DNA of 63,989 nt, filler included, from Octopus bimaculoides (taxonomy: Eukaryota): the NCBI RefSeq assembly GCF_001194135.2. It is 7 parts of 6 records of this genome, joined end to end, with 100 filler letters (N's around TTAATTAATTAA, not from the genome) between each part and the next. Parts side by side here need not be neighbours in the genome. Positions count along the whole stretch, not along the records: positions 1 to 26,286 come from NC_068983.1; 6 more parts are not named here. One strand, 5' to 3'. Positions 1 to 13,939 of this stretch are shown piece after piece; position 1 is the first letter of the stretch, and each line of letters opens with the position of its first letter. The notes below the pieces were generated by a model that made no database searches, was not told the origin of the DNA, and was given only the letters and a program-made list of their open reading frames with translations. A program made the position numbers and the translations under genes.

Positions 1-137
<137 letters not shown>

Positions 138-799
138 ACCAGAAACACCAGTGAAATAAGGAGTAATAAAGAGAAACAAAATAATTTACAAGAATAAAGA
201 AACTCTTAAGACAATATGGAAGAATATTTTTAAGTGAATAATTATTAAACATTTAAATCAGAGAAAGTTCTCAAGTTAACACTTAGTAAATTTAGAAAGA
301 ATTTTAATGAGAATTTAGATAATAAAAATATTGTTGAATGTCGAAAGAATAAGGTATGATAATAACATTTTGTTTATAACAATAGGGAAATTTTGAGAAC
401 AATCATAATAAAACACTCTGGATCTTAGGATAAGATGTAAGAATGTTCTAGTGTTAACAATTTTTAAACAATTAAATTTCAAGTAACTTTTAAAGTTAAC
501 ATGCAATACAAAGAGTTAATAATGATTTCTAATGATGATGATGATGCTGATTACAACTATAATAATAGTAATAATAATAATTTCTTCTATTAGCCACAGG
601 GGTATAGATGAGCAGGGACATCAAAAGGACAGTAAACAAGATGTATAGGGATTTACATAAACGATAAGGAGGAAGAAATGGAAAAAAATAGTAAAATGCA
701 TAGAAGTATACATAGATACAAAGTATGTGATAATATAAATTATGCAGTCCTCCTGATACAGGAGAAACTTCAACTAAGGGCCAATCAAGGGATCCCACA

Positions 800-2100
800 G
801 ATCCAGAATTACCTTGACCTACAAAGACATGAACCATCTCCAAACTGTTGTTCTCCAATCTAGAAATGCATTCTTAGCATACGGCCATTCTATCTCACAA
901 TTTTTACCACAATCACCTATCTTTTCAGAAATTCACAGGGAGGTAGCACTTCCCTTCCACCTTCACTTTCCTTTCCAAGCAGAGTTTAAAAAGTCAATAA
1001 GGGCTTGACTGAAGAAGAATGCCTTCCCTCAAACTATTCAGCCTCTTTTGCCAAAGCCACTAGATAGAGGAACCAGGTCTGCCTGGCCCTGTGATGCGTG
1101 GGTGGTGGGGTGATCCTCAAAATGGATTCAGTTCATAGTCAGATTTATCCCACTTGTGGTAACAGCTGTTCACCATAACTCCACAAGTCAGCAATACTCA
1201 CACTACAAGAGCGCGTGGAGGATGGTTTTGTCGGTCTGCATGCACCTCAGACAGTCCTGTCTAGCAATGATTCCATGCTTGTAGAGTTTATCTCAAACCT
1301 GGAGCACTGCTAGGCTTGAGATTTCTGGAAGTCATTCATGGTAGAAATAGACTTGAAAGTCCTCCAGAATAGACTAGCTAGTTCATCATCAATGCTTGAA
1401 GTTTACCCAAGAACATCATCACTTTTACACTCCACTAGATTTCAATATACTGCTAGTGTTGAACTTTCAGTGACTTCATTACTCAATTGGTAGAGGGCAG
1501 GGAGCACCTGATGAAATTCTAGGCATCCAATCTTGATCTTTTCTTAACTGAGTGTTGCAGCTTCACCTAAGAGTTGAGCAGCAGAAAGTTGTGTTCCGCA
1601 AAAGGAAACCACACGAGCTCATCTTCCTGGAAAATCTGTAAGTGGAATTGCTGCAGTACATGTCTGCACATAGGCAATGCCAAGCTCACATCCCAAAAGA
1701 GTGCTGGTGACAGTTGAAATACTTGACCAGTGGAACATGTCCTTTCCACTAGAAGTAGAAAACTAAACACTCCAGTCTGGCCAAACATGGACTAAGGCAA
1801 AGTAAAATGGTCAAGCAATAATTTATTAAGGAGGCAATGTAAGCATTCACCACCTCAGCTCAACCTTTCAGGGATAATTTCCTTTCAGCCCATATCTGAG
1901 CAAGACTGGCTTGACTGTTTGTAATCTCATTCTAGTCTGTTCACTTTGAGGTCCATGCCAAGCAAGACCCTGAGTAATTTCATCATTCCGTCTTTCCGTC
2001 AACCTACTAAATCTCTTCATTGACATAGATTAGCTCTTCCTTTCACTGAGCCATGTGCCTACTAATTTGTTCAGATAATGGAAGGAGACTGACCACACTA
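800..2100 (-). mobile_element. Old, degenerate Tx1/L1-clade non-LTR retrotransposon, ORF2 C-terminal part
   Basis: Minus-strand translation with stops and frameshifts gives RKLSLKG*AEVVNAYIAS (~1850), F*WKGHVPLVK (~1720) and FQKSQA*QC..V*DKLYKHGIIARQDCLRCMQTDKTILHALL*C (1200-1340). These are colinear with the better-preserved copy at 34.7-37.7 kb (RALSLKGRAEVVQVFM; HQKSLTWQCYRNALPVRDKL). Boundaries approximate. Confidence 0.8.
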
Positions 2101-2109
2101 TTCAAGCAA

Positions 2110-2198
2110 GTAGATTGCATATGATTTTAGGGGGCAAAAATAAACAGTGTAAGATCACAGACTTTACAATACCATGTGATAAAAGAGTGGATACCAAA
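2110..2198 (+). mobile_element. REL-endonuclease fragment of an R4/Dong-like element
   Basis: KQCKITDFTIPCDKRVDTK resembles the C..ID.A.P.D.R...KE motif of R4/Dong restriction-like nucleases. Confidence 0.5.
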
Positions 2199-2779
<581 letters not shown>

Positions 2780-3222
2780 GCATGCATGCTTACCATTACT
2801 CTAGAAATTATTAATTGGTCTTATTACAACAGATGAAGTTTATAGCTTAGCTTTCTGGAGAAGGAAAAATCTATTACCAGAGAAGCAGAGCAAAGGGATG
2901 GAGAAAGAAATCAAGGGGAAACTGCCGATCTGTTGCATATCAATAACTTGATATTAAGTGATGATGCAAATAAGAAAGAAGAAATTGGCTGCTGGTTGGA
3001 TAGACTACAAGAAAGCCCACAGTGATGTTCCAAACTGTTGGCTCTTTAAGTGCCTGAGGACTCTCAGGGTCAATGGAAATGTTAACAGTTGTTTGAAGAA
3101 AGCGAGGAAATCATGGAAAGTATAAAATGAGGAAATGAACCATTAAGAGATGTAAAAATTTGCAGGGGGATTTTTTTCAGGGTAGCTCCCTCACTTCATT
3201 ACTTTCCATCATTGAACTAATC

Positions 3223-4060
3223 CAGTGGTTCTCAACTGGGGGTTTATATGGCCCTTGTGGGGTCTGCATAAGATTTTGTTACTAAAACTTATCTGCAATA
3301 AACTGGTTATATGTCTACAATACACAAAATATTTTAACAATTATTTTTATACAATTTCTAATAATATTTCATTCTAGAAATATAATATTTGTCCAAAATA
3401 TTCTACCTATTTTATTTTCAAACTGGTCAAATCTGGCCTTTCACATTTACTGTATAATGTAACTGTAAAAATGAAAATTCATATCATCAAAATCTCAAAG
3501 CTACGAAATAATGCATGATTAATTTAAAATGATGTGAATACATAAGCATTATATTTGACATGTGGAGGCGCAATCGCCCAGTGGTTAGGGCAGCAGACTC
3601 GCGGTCATAGGATCGTGGTTTCGATTCCCAGACCGGGCATTGTGAGTGTTTATTGAGCGAAAACACCTGAAGCTCCACGAGACTCCGGCAGGGGATGGTG
3701 GCAGGGTACTCTTTCACCACAACTTTCTCTCACTCTTACTTCCTGTTTCTGTTGTACCTGTAATTCAAAGGGTCAGCCTTGTCACACTTTGTGTCACGCT
3801 GAATATCCCCGAGAACTACATTAAGGGTACACGTGTCTGTGGAGTGCTCAGCCACTTGCACGTTAATTTCACGAGCAGGCTGTTCCGCTGATCAGATCGA
3901 CTGGAACCCTCGACGTCGTAAGCGACAGAGTGCCAACAACAACAATATTTGACATAGGAATCTGAATGCTAAAGAGTTAAACATTGAGCAGCTACGAGGG
4001 TCCATCTGAGTAAAATAGAAATCAATAGGCTCCATAGGAAACAATGGTTGAGAAACACTA
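3223..4060. mobile_element. hAT (Charlie-like) MITE inserted in the RT and carrying a nested SINE
   Basis: Left TIR CAGTGGTTCTCAAC (3223) and right TIR GGTTGAGAAACACTA (4046-4060). 8-bp TSD aactaatc (3215-3222) / cactaatc (4061-4068). The RT reading resumes after it. Homologous to 59820-60063. Confidence 0.8.
3562..3944 (+). mobile_element. Full-length tRNA-derived SINE with (CAA)n tail
   Basis: A-box-like TCGCCCAGTGG, B-box-like GTTTCGATTCC, a CAA tail, and an exact 11-bp TSD ATATTTGACAT (3551-3561 and 3945-3955). Confidence 0.9.
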
Positions 4061-4204
4061 CACTAATCCTTCTGACAAGTATACAGAGAAAACCCATACC
4101 TGCCTATGAGCTTGTTAGAACCAGAGTGAAATCAAATCACCTGCAATATATGGACGACCTCAAACAATACACAAAAATCAAAAGACCAGGATTCTCAGAT
4201 CTAA

Positions 4205-4410
4205 TCATCATCATCATCGTTTAACGTCCGCTTTCCATGCAAGCATGGGTTGGACGATTTGACTGAGGACTGGTGAAACCAGATGGTTACACCAGGCTCC
4301 AATCTGATTTGGCAGAGTTTCCACAGCTGGATGCCCTTCCTAATGCCAACCACTCAGAGAGTGTAGTGAGTGCTTTTACGTGTCACCCGCACGAAGGCCA
4401 GTCAGGCGGT
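4205..4410 (-). mobile_element. RTE-tail short element (…GGAAGGGCATCCAGC…CCAACCCATGC…(GAT)n family)
   Basis: Same 3' sequence as the RTE LINE end at 15.1-15.6 kb. Related copies lie at about 19295-19500, 20218-20410, 42710-42790, 43180-43345, 44305-44480, 44560-44800, 45510-45643 and 46935-47100. Confidence 0.85.
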
Positions 4411-5639
4411 AAAGAATATTTAGCAAGGATATTAGAATGCAGTTTGGGGTAAATTAGTGAGCTGTTTTTATTATGGAGGGAGGTTAAAAGATTAGGATAT
4501 AAAGAAAGTACCACTTCCAATGACGTCAATAGATCACTGTGAAATAGTGAAGGATACTAGTGCGAAGGGGCACTGTGGAATGATAAGATAATGGCAAGAA
4601 AAATGAGAGAGAAAATATCCAAATACTGGAGAAAGATTAAGAAGGTGCTTGAAAAAAAAAGTTAATGGGGGAATTTTTTTTATCAAAGCAATGAATACAT
4701 GGACCATACCAGCATTAAGATACTCTGATGCATTTCTTAAATTGGACCAAGACAGAGTGACAGAAATATAATAGAAGACCTAAAAAGCTACTAATAATGC
4801 ATACTGTGCACCATTCTAAAAGTTCTACCAATCAAAATAGGAAGGAAGCAGAGTTTTGTTAAATGAAGAAGACTGTCATTTTAGGTTTGAAAAACTGTTG
4901 TGAGTAGTGAAGAAAAATATTGACCCTGACCAGAAATATCTAAAATGTCATTGAAACAGTGAAATAATTCAAGAAAAGAAGGGAAAATGACAGTAAAAGT
5001 AGTTAGAAAGAGAAGAAAATACATAGCTAATTCATGTAGCAAACTGAGGATTTCAGATTTCCATCTATCAACCACAAGAATGCTGATTTTGGTTGATAGA
5101 AGGAAACCAGAAATAGGAAGCTAAATCGCTGATTATAGCCACTGAAGAACAAGCCATTAAAAGGAACTCGATAAAAACGAAAATTGATAAAACTTAATCA
5201 GAGAACAAATGCAGAATCTATAAGGAAAGAAATAAATTAACCATTTTTTAAAGTAAATGCATCAAGCTAACACAAAAGCAGTATAAAAGCAGGTATGATT
5301 GTTTCAGTAAAAGAGTACATTGAGATGTTAGCACAACACATAGCTTAAAAGTGGTATGACACAAGCTAGAAGTTATTAGATTGAAAGAGGATTTTAAGAG
5401 ACTTCTCGTATCCTATGTAAAATACTATCTATGTAATCTCAAATTTTAAAACAAACTCATAATTTTCTTGTGTTCTTAAACATCCTCTAGAACAATACTA
5501 TGTGCAAAATCAAATATATGACACTGTCACCCTAGACATAACACCAACATTAACTTCTAGCTTGTTGTCTCTTGAGCTCTCTGGGTGATACTTGGAGTCA
5601 ACTTGTACAAATACAAAGCTAAAGTCAAACATATAAAAT

Positions 5640-5697
<58 letters not shown>

Positions 5698-5699
<2 letters not shown>

Positions 5700-6945
5700 T
5701 TTCAAATTTTGGCACAAGGTCAGCAAGTTTAAGGAGGGGTTAAGTTGATTAAATCAACCCCAGTGCTTAACTGGTACTCACTCATTTTATCGATTCTGAA
5801 AGGATGAAAGGCAAAATTGACCCTGGCAGCATTTGAACTCAGAATGTGAAGACAGACAAAATACCACTAAGCATGTTGTTTGACATGCTAACAATTCTGT
5901 GAGTTCACCACCTTAATAATAATAAGAAGGAGAAGCTGGGCTACAACAAATATTCTGCTCAATATGACAGATTTTCTTGTCAGTTACTTGACCTTAAACC
6001 AGTTGAGCATAACCCTTAGTGGCTGAAGCATTTTGCATCTCTGACCATGAGCAAGAATAGTGAAGGATTATCATAGCCATATGTTGAGAGGGATTTTGAG
6101 GGTTTGGATATTTCCCCTTTGGAAACATGGGTGTTTCATTCATCATCCTTAAATAACTCTTATTTAAGGACATTTTGACTGGAATGGGCTACTTGACCTG
6201 CAGAAAATTTTAAGTAAATCTGTAATGTCATGCACTATTTATCTTGATATGAGGTCACCATGTCATGCACATATGGTTGTGATGCATGTGCCTGGTGTGC
6301 CCTTATCAGACAGGTAGGGCCACTTTGATGGTGTATGCTGCTCGCTTACTCAATAATTATAATAATGGCTTCAAATTTCGGCACAAAGCCAGCAGTTTGG
6401 GGTTGGGCTAAGTCAATTACATTGACCCCCACCCCCCAGTGCTTAACTGGTACTTATTTCAACAACCCTGAAAGGATGAAAAGCAAAGTTGAACTTGGCG
6501 GAATTTGAACTCAGAAGATAAAGATGGGTAAAATACTGCTAAGCATTTTGCCCAGCACGGTAACAATTTTGCCAGCTCATCACCTCAAAGTGAGATGCTT
6601 ACAGCATCTAGGTTTTTCAAGTGGTTATCCATCTAAGTATTAACTAGGCTCAACATAACTTAACTTTAGTGATCAGATGAGAACTGGTGAATTCAGTGTG
6701 ATATGGTCTTAAAGCCTCAATAATAAGAATAAAAACAACCCTTTCTATTACAAGCACAAGGCCTGAAATATGAAGGAAGGGGATAAATCAACTCCAGTGC
6801 TCAACTGGTAGTTGTTTTATCAGCTCCAAAAGGATGAATAGCAAAGTCATCCACGGTGGAATTTGAACTCAGAACATAACAGCAGATGAAATACCATTTA
6901 GCATTTCACATAGTGTGCTAACGACTCTGCCAGATCACTGCTGTA
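5698..6945 (-). mobile_element. Cluster of three decayed tRNA-SINE copies (TTCATCCTTTCGGGGTCGAT-core family) at about 5698-5915, 6365-6590 and 6735-6945, plus an unclassified repeat (about 5920-6360)
   Basis: Each matches the young copy at 33921-34125 (GAATTTGAACTCAG B-box complement; AAAGGATGAAAGGCAAAGT). The middle repeat shares its tail with 21149-21330. Confidence 0.8.
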
Positions 6946-7538
6946 ATGATAATAATAATAATAACATGATTTATCTTTTTTAACTTTTCTTTTCCCTTTT
7001 CTTTTAATTCTTTATAATTCATATTAATTAGAAAACTCTTAGGAAGAGCCATTATTTCCCTTAAATATATACCTTGGGTAAGTGTGCATAAAATAGCAAG
7101 GCAAACAATTATGCCTTACTAGGCTGCACCTTTCTTTCTCCATCTTTCTTATGCCAAGCTAAAAAGCACTACACATAGACGCATGCATATCCATACAGCA
7201 CACATGCAAGATTTATACGTAAACTTGGTAAAGTGAAAAAGATAATAGATTTTTTTGTAGCACCATTGCAAAGAATTTCAGTGTAGTTGTTCCAGTGATT
7301 AGAATATGAATCAACAATTCTTCAGATCATGGGCCAGCATTCTATTAAACATGAAAAGTATTGGCTTCTGTTTATCCTAATAATAAGATTGATCAAATTG
7401 TTAAATTTAATTTTTTTTTACTTTTTTGCAAAGTAAAGAATAAAACGATGAACATTGACTCGCACTTCTGATGTGAAACAAAAGAATCAGTTTATCTTCT
7501 TTCAAACATACTCTCTCTCTCTCTTTCACATCTGTCAT

Positions 7539-7671
<133 letters not shown>

Positions 7672-8479
7672 GAAATCAGTTCATTACATTTCTTCAAGCT
7701 TTCTTTTTATTTTCATTATTTTTGCAAACTCCTAAATCCAGGCAAGTAATTTATGAGCATCTACCCTAATCTTTTGATCCATGCCATATTAAAAACATGA
7801 ATGAAATTAATACACTTAATCTCCATTGCTTGCATTGCTTTATAACAGCTGTATTATGCTGTAATCTAACCCATGGTAAAGAGTGTATGGCTGTCTATTC
7901 TTACAGCGTTCTTCCAGTTCTTGTTGTTTTAGTTCAAAGATGAATAAACAGTAAATTCTCTTTACTTTTTATTACTCTTTGTTCAATCGCCAATATACCA
8001 GTAATATGCTGTTATCAATTCAGTCAATAATTAGGTTAATTTCCCTTACAAGAAAAATCTCATATTCAATTCAGATATTCACTTTTACTCTTGTGTTGCA
8101 TGACATAAAAATCTAGTTTGTTATTTCACAATGTGAATTCAACTTTTTCGCAAATGAACCTTGTGTTTCATAGAAGCAGATTAATTTTACTCTTCACAAC
8201 AATTGAAAATTAATCTTGCATGTATGGTTTGTGTTATTTTTGTTTATCTGTTGCAGGTTCTTTCCTGTTTCTTGATATTTCCTCTGTTTTGGTTTTGTTC
8301 CTGTCATTTTTTTGGGGGGTGGGGGGGCTTTTAGCTTTTGTTTTTTGTTCTTTTTTTTTTTAATAAATAACATTCTCATATTATTTATTCAGTTCTACTC
8401 CAGTAAGGTTTAGTTGTGAACATAAATTTGCAATTAGAATCCAATATGAATATTTTACACTAGAAAGAACTGGAATGTA

Positions 8480-10040
8480 GACAGAGAGAGGTGGGGGTGA
8501 GAGGCAAAGAGAGAAAAAGAGAGAGAGTAAGAGAGCAAGTGAACATGCATGTGTGTGTGTGTGAGAGCGTGTGTGTGTGAGTGTGTGTGTGTGTGTGTGT
8601 GCGTGTGTGCGTGCGTGCATGAGTGAAAAGGCATGGAAGTGGGGAGTGATGAGAAATTAAGAAGGAAAGAGAAGCAGAAGTGATAGAGAAATACAAGTTA
8701 GGTGGTGAGAGAAAGAGAGAGAGAGATGGGAGTGGTGAGAATAATGCAATGGAGCAATTAATAGGAGAGAAAGAAGGAAGCAGGGAAAGATGAAATGAAA
8801 GCAAAATGATAAGAGAAAAAGGTGAAAGAAGAAGAAGACAAATAAAGAAAAGTGCAAGAAATTAACTGACAGAATGAAAGAACGAAAAAGAAGAAATGAT
8901 TAATGCTTAAAATTAATAAAGAAAAAGAAAAAGAAAAAGAGAAACTATGACAGAGGGAGAGCAAGAGAGGGAGAGCAAGAGTGGGAGACTGAGAGAGGAA
9001 GAGTGAGAGAGGGAGAGCGAGAGAGGGAGAGCGAGAGAGGGAGAGCAAGAGAAGGAGAGCAAAAGTGGGAGAGCGAGAGAGGGAGAGCGAGAGAGGGAGA
9101 CCGAGAGAGGGAGAGCAAGAGAGGGAGAGAGAGATATGAGAGAGATATCAGAAAAGGAAAACTTGTGAAGAATGAAATGAGATTGAAAGTGAGGCAGTGG
9201 CGAAATGAGATGTAGATTGATGAGGATGGAAAAGACCTGGGATAGTTTTGGAAGAAAGAAAGTGAACAGCTTATAATGAGAAAGATATAGAAAAATGGGA
9301 AAATAGATTAAAGGATTTGTTGCAATTTAACCCCTGGTTAATTCTTATGGTGCACTCCAATGATCAAAAGTTCTAGCCTTGAGCTTTCCATTATTGTGTA
9401 TGTATATTACGAAGTAATCATCTTATGTATTCTTCTGTATTTTAAGATGATGAGGTGAATGAGTTTAGGGATATTTGGCTGTTATTTCTAGCAGGTTCAG
9501 TGACCATGTAGAGGTTCTCACTTTGACTTGATGTGATAAAAGTTGAAAGATAGAGTGGCAGAGAAGAGAGAGAGACAAAGAGAGAGCAGGGAAGAGAATG
9601 AGTAAGAGTGAGAGAGAGAGAGAGAGAAAGGGAGCGAGTGAGAAGGAGAGAAAGGGAGAGAAAGAGACACAGAAAAAGGAGTTGAATGATCGAGTGCCAA
9701 TAAATTAAAGGGGAAAAAATAAGGTAGAAATTAAGACAGATCAAAGACAGAAGAATTTGGATAAAGACAAAGGAAAAGATGAGAGGTGAGGAGGTAGTTT
9801 TGAGTAGTTGATTGAAAGGGTGATGAGAGAATGAGATGAGGTGGTGGGTCAGATATTGGGAAATAAACGTCTAAAGATCCAAAAGCGGAAGAGACTTAAA
9901 GAGGGAGACTGAGAGCGAAGAAGGGGATTCAGAACATGCGAGAAGAATAGAGAAGCAATTTAAAAAAACAGAGAGCAGAAAGGGAATATGAGAATATAAT
10001 AGAGAATAAATGGAGAGAGAGAGTGTCTAGATGCCTTAAG

Positions 10041-10073
<33 letters not shown>

Positions 10074-10695
10074 CATACATATATATNNNNNNNNNNNNNN
10101 NNNNNNNNNNNNNNNNNNNNNNNNNNNNNNNNNNNNNNNNNNNNNNNNNNNNNNNNNNNNNNNNNNNNNNNNNNNNNNNNNNNNNNNNNNNNNNNNNNNN
10201 NNNNNNNNNNNNNNNNNNNNNNNNNNNNNNNNNNNNNNNNNNNNNNNNNNNNNNNNNNNNNNNNNNNNNNNNNNNNNNNNNNNNNNNNNNNNNNNNNNNN
10301 NNNNNNNNNNNNNNNNNNNNNNNNNNNNNNNNNNNNNNNNNNNNNNNNNNNNNNNNNNNNNNNNNNNNNNNNNNNNNNNNNNNNNNNNNNNNNNNNNNNN
10401 NNNNNNNNNNNNNNNNNNNNNNNNNNNNNNNNNNNNNNNNNNNNNNNNNNNNNNNNNNNNNNNNNNNNNNNNNNNNNNNNNNNNNNNNNNNNNNNNNNNN
10501 NNNNNNNNNNNNNNNNNNNNNNNNNNNNNNNNNNNNNNNNNNNNNNNNNNNNNNNNNNNNNNNNNNNNNNNNNNNNNNNNNNNNNNNNNNNNNNNNNNNN
10601 NNNNNNNNNNNNNNNNNNNNNNNNNNNNNNNNNNNNNNNNNNNNNNNNNNNNNNNNNNNNNNNNNNNNNNNNNNNNNNNNNNNNNNNNNNNNNNN

Positions 10696-10733
<38 letters not shown>

Positions 10734-12137
10734 TGTGTGAGTGTGTATATGTATGTATATGTATATGTGTGTGTGTGTGTGTGGGCGTGTATGTATGTAT
10801 GTTTTTATGTATACACACACAAACATGCACACACGTACGGAGATATATATTCTTGAAAGTGTGCTTGTATGTATTTATGTAAGCATGTCCAATACTGTTT
10901 CTGTGTGTATGCATACGTGTTTGTATTTTATTGAGAGAGGATAAAAGGAAAAGACTGGAAAATATGCAAATTGGATGGTAAGAGTATTAGAGAAAAAAAT
11001 AGAGAGGTAGAGAGACAAAGAGAACTGGAAATTTATGAGAAGAAAGAGACAGTTGGAGGATAAGAGGGAAAGAGTTGAAATAGATGAAATAAATCAACAA
11101 GAGAAAAAGGGGATAGAATATGATGGAGAGAGAGATAGAACATGAAAGAGAGAGAGAGAGGGAGAAAGATTGAACATTAAAGAGAGAGAAAGAGAGAGAG
11201 AAAGAGAGGGAGATAAGGATAGAATGCAAAAGTGAGAGAGAAAGAGAGAGAGCAAGAAAAAATGATTGGAAAAGAGGAAGAAAATAAGGAATATATTTAT
11301 AGAGAGGTGATTATAGATTTATAGAGAAATGACAGAGCAACAGAAAGGTGGTAGAATGAGAGAGAGGGGGGAAGAGAGATAGGCAGAGAGAGAGGAAGAA
11401 AGTTAGGGAGAGAAGGAGGTAAGGGAAAAAGTGAAAGAAAATAAGGAGAATATGTAAACTATAGAAAGGAGGAGGTGATGAATAAATAAAAAGAAACTGA
11501 GAGATAAAAAATTAGCAGAAAGAGAGGGGAGAGAAAAAGAGCGAGGGAGAGAAAGAGAGAGAGAGAGTGACTGAGAAAGGAAGAAGAAAGGGAGGTGGAG
11601 AGAGAGAGAGAGAGAGAGGGGGGAGAGGTAGTAGTTAAAGAGGAAAGTGGGCAAAAACAATGCATGAGGACATGAGGAGAGGGTGGAAGAAGAATTAAAG
11701 ATTTAGAGAGGAAAAAATATTGATGATAAAAAAAAAAAAAACCGAAATTGATAAGAAGAGAGAAAAAAGAGAAAGGGTGAAAGGGTGATAATTTCAACAT
11801 ATCAACTATTTCCCTAATAGGGTCAAAGTACCATGTGACATAAAGGAAATCCATTGTCATTAGATTCTGTTCAGATTATTAAGTTTTGATCCAAATGAAA
11901 TTAAATGTTAAACATTTCAAATATTAAAATAAAAGATGAAATTTAACTCCTCTGCAGATCCTAAAATGTATTAAAATGCAACAGGAACACTTTATTATCT
12001 GCAGTTTTTTCTGACATTTCATAAAAAAAAAGTAATCAAAAAAATAAATAAATAATCAAATAGTTATTGATTAAAAATAATTTCTAAAAAAATGATGAAG
12101 AGAAAATATTGTATGAAATACATACACGCACATAGAA

Positions 12138-12208
<71 letters not shown>

Positions 12209-12388
12209 NNNNNNNNNNNNNNNNNNNNNNNNNNNNNNNNNNNNNNNNNNNNNNNNNNNNNNNNNNNNNNNNNNNNNNNNNNNNNNNNNNNNNNNNNNNN
12301 NNNNNNNNNNNNNNNNNNNNNNNNNNNNNNNNNNNNNNNNNNNNNNNNNNNNNNNNNNNNNNNNNNNNNNNNNNNNNNNNNNNNNNNN

Positions 12389-12439
<51 letters not shown>

Positions 12440-12452
12440 TGATAGATAGAGA

Positions 12453-12524
<72 letters not shown>

Positions 12525-12590
12525 GGCAGGCAGGCAGGCAAACAGACAGACAGACAGGCAGGCAGACAGACAGACAGATAGTAAGTCAGA
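8480..12590. repeat. Purine-rich (GA/GAA) low-complexity zone, including a 14-nt minisatellite (GAGAGGGAGAGCGA, about 8950-9130) and (GA)n, (GATA)n, (GACA)n arrays
   Basis: Read directly; interrupted by N gaps and short unique stretches. Confidence 0.85.
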
Positions 12591-12766
12591 TTTGCTGTCT
12601 GAAGGCTCACAAGGACATCATGAGTAACTCTGAGTTCTGACAAAGAGAATTATCAGCTCCCATTGAAGAAATAAACTCCACTACAAGTATTGAGTACTCA
12701 TCCTACTGATTGTACCAATATATATATATACATACATGCTTATATATATAGATATACTTATACACA

Positions 12767-12807
<41 letters not shown>

Positions 12808-13892
12808 TTATAAATATATATACATACATATATATATACACACACATGTACATACACACATATATATAACTCCAGGAATCCAGCTACATGCCCACTAGAC
12901 CAGGCATGCCTGGTCTAGTTCAGTTGTGTATGAAGCCAAGGTCATATCCATTCCACCAAATAAGGGAATGAAAGGAATAAAATATATTGGACTGTGCAGA
13001 GATGATTTCAAAATATGTTATGCCAACTATCAATTTTCTTTCATACATGTAGACTAAAAGAACAGCACAAAAGTTGCAAGCCTTATCTGGAAGCTGAAAA
13101 ACACACTATTAAGTAGAGCATTATGGGAATACCAAGGCCAAATGTCAACAGATCTGAGTAATTGAAAGAGCATGCATGCTCATTTGATCAAAAACCATCA
13201 ATGACCTTCTAAATTTGTGGTCAGAATTATTTACAAGTTGTATGCATCTCAACAAATTTCAGTTATCAAACTGGAGGACACCCTCTCTCTCAGCACCACC
13301 ACAGACTTAGATACACAGTTAGACATACATTAGACTTTCTCCCATTCAACTACCACTGCTAGTTATAGATTTTGACATTCTCTAGATACCACACTGAAGG
13401 CTTACAGACACAATATTGAAATTTGTTTTACCATTTTGACCCAACATCAACAATTTTCTTCCTCTGTATGTAGGACACTTTTCTAGCATATTCTGATTAA
13501 CAGAACATAATATAACTTCTAAGAATAGAAATATTTCCTTTAGATTGTTTCTTCCCATTTTTCTCCTTCATTATCACTGGGTATTCATGCTACATGAACC
13601 TGAATGATTGTGGAAATCATACACAGTATACGTTATAAGACTGTGTTTCAATATTGCACTTTATGAGTATGAAACTTGAAATAGCTTAGTCATAATTCCT
13701 GTAATCATAAAAAGAGATAATATATATATATGAAAGTGTGTGCATGTGTGTATATTATTGTGGTGGCATGCATTTTACCTTCAAGCCTAATGATTCACTT
13801 AATCAAGTCTCTTAAATTTCATGTCACTATCACCATTTTCAACAAGATGACTTGTAGAAATAGGAATCTCAGAGTAACAACAGAGCAATGCC

Positions 13893-13938
<46 letters not shown>

Positions 13939-13939
13939 G

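Larger units (their letters stand above)
2790..5700 (+). mobile_element. Degenerate R4/Dong-like non-LTR retrotransposon (RT, CCHC region, 3' end) interrupted by younger insertions
   Basis: NLLPEKQ (~2868), AGWIDYKKAH (2991-3020), QGSSL (3178-3192), HLQYMDDLK (YMDD at 4147-4158), LIIATEEQAIKRNSIKTKIDK..KCR..KQYKSRYD (~5125-5300), then a (TAA)n tail at 5641-5698. Confidence 0.85.

Noticed and set aside
3564-3640. tRNA genes at SINE heads (also 39272, 48805 and 54861)
   Set aside because: No complete acceptor stem; each continues into a SINE body.
7880-7960. Possible minus-strand exon ELKQQELEER ending at a GTAAGA donor
   Set aside because: In-frame stop shortly upstream and no pyrimidine-rich acceptor.
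9452-9520. Plus-strand acceptor followed by DDEVNEFRDIWLLFLAG
   Set aside because: No convincing donor before the stop; cannot be supported without transcripts.
9960-10914. Long ORFs spanning N runs (also at 20.3-21.2, 26.9-27.9, 30.1-31.1, 56.3-57.1 and 62.3-63.5 kb)
   Set aside because: Artefacts of translating gaps as X.
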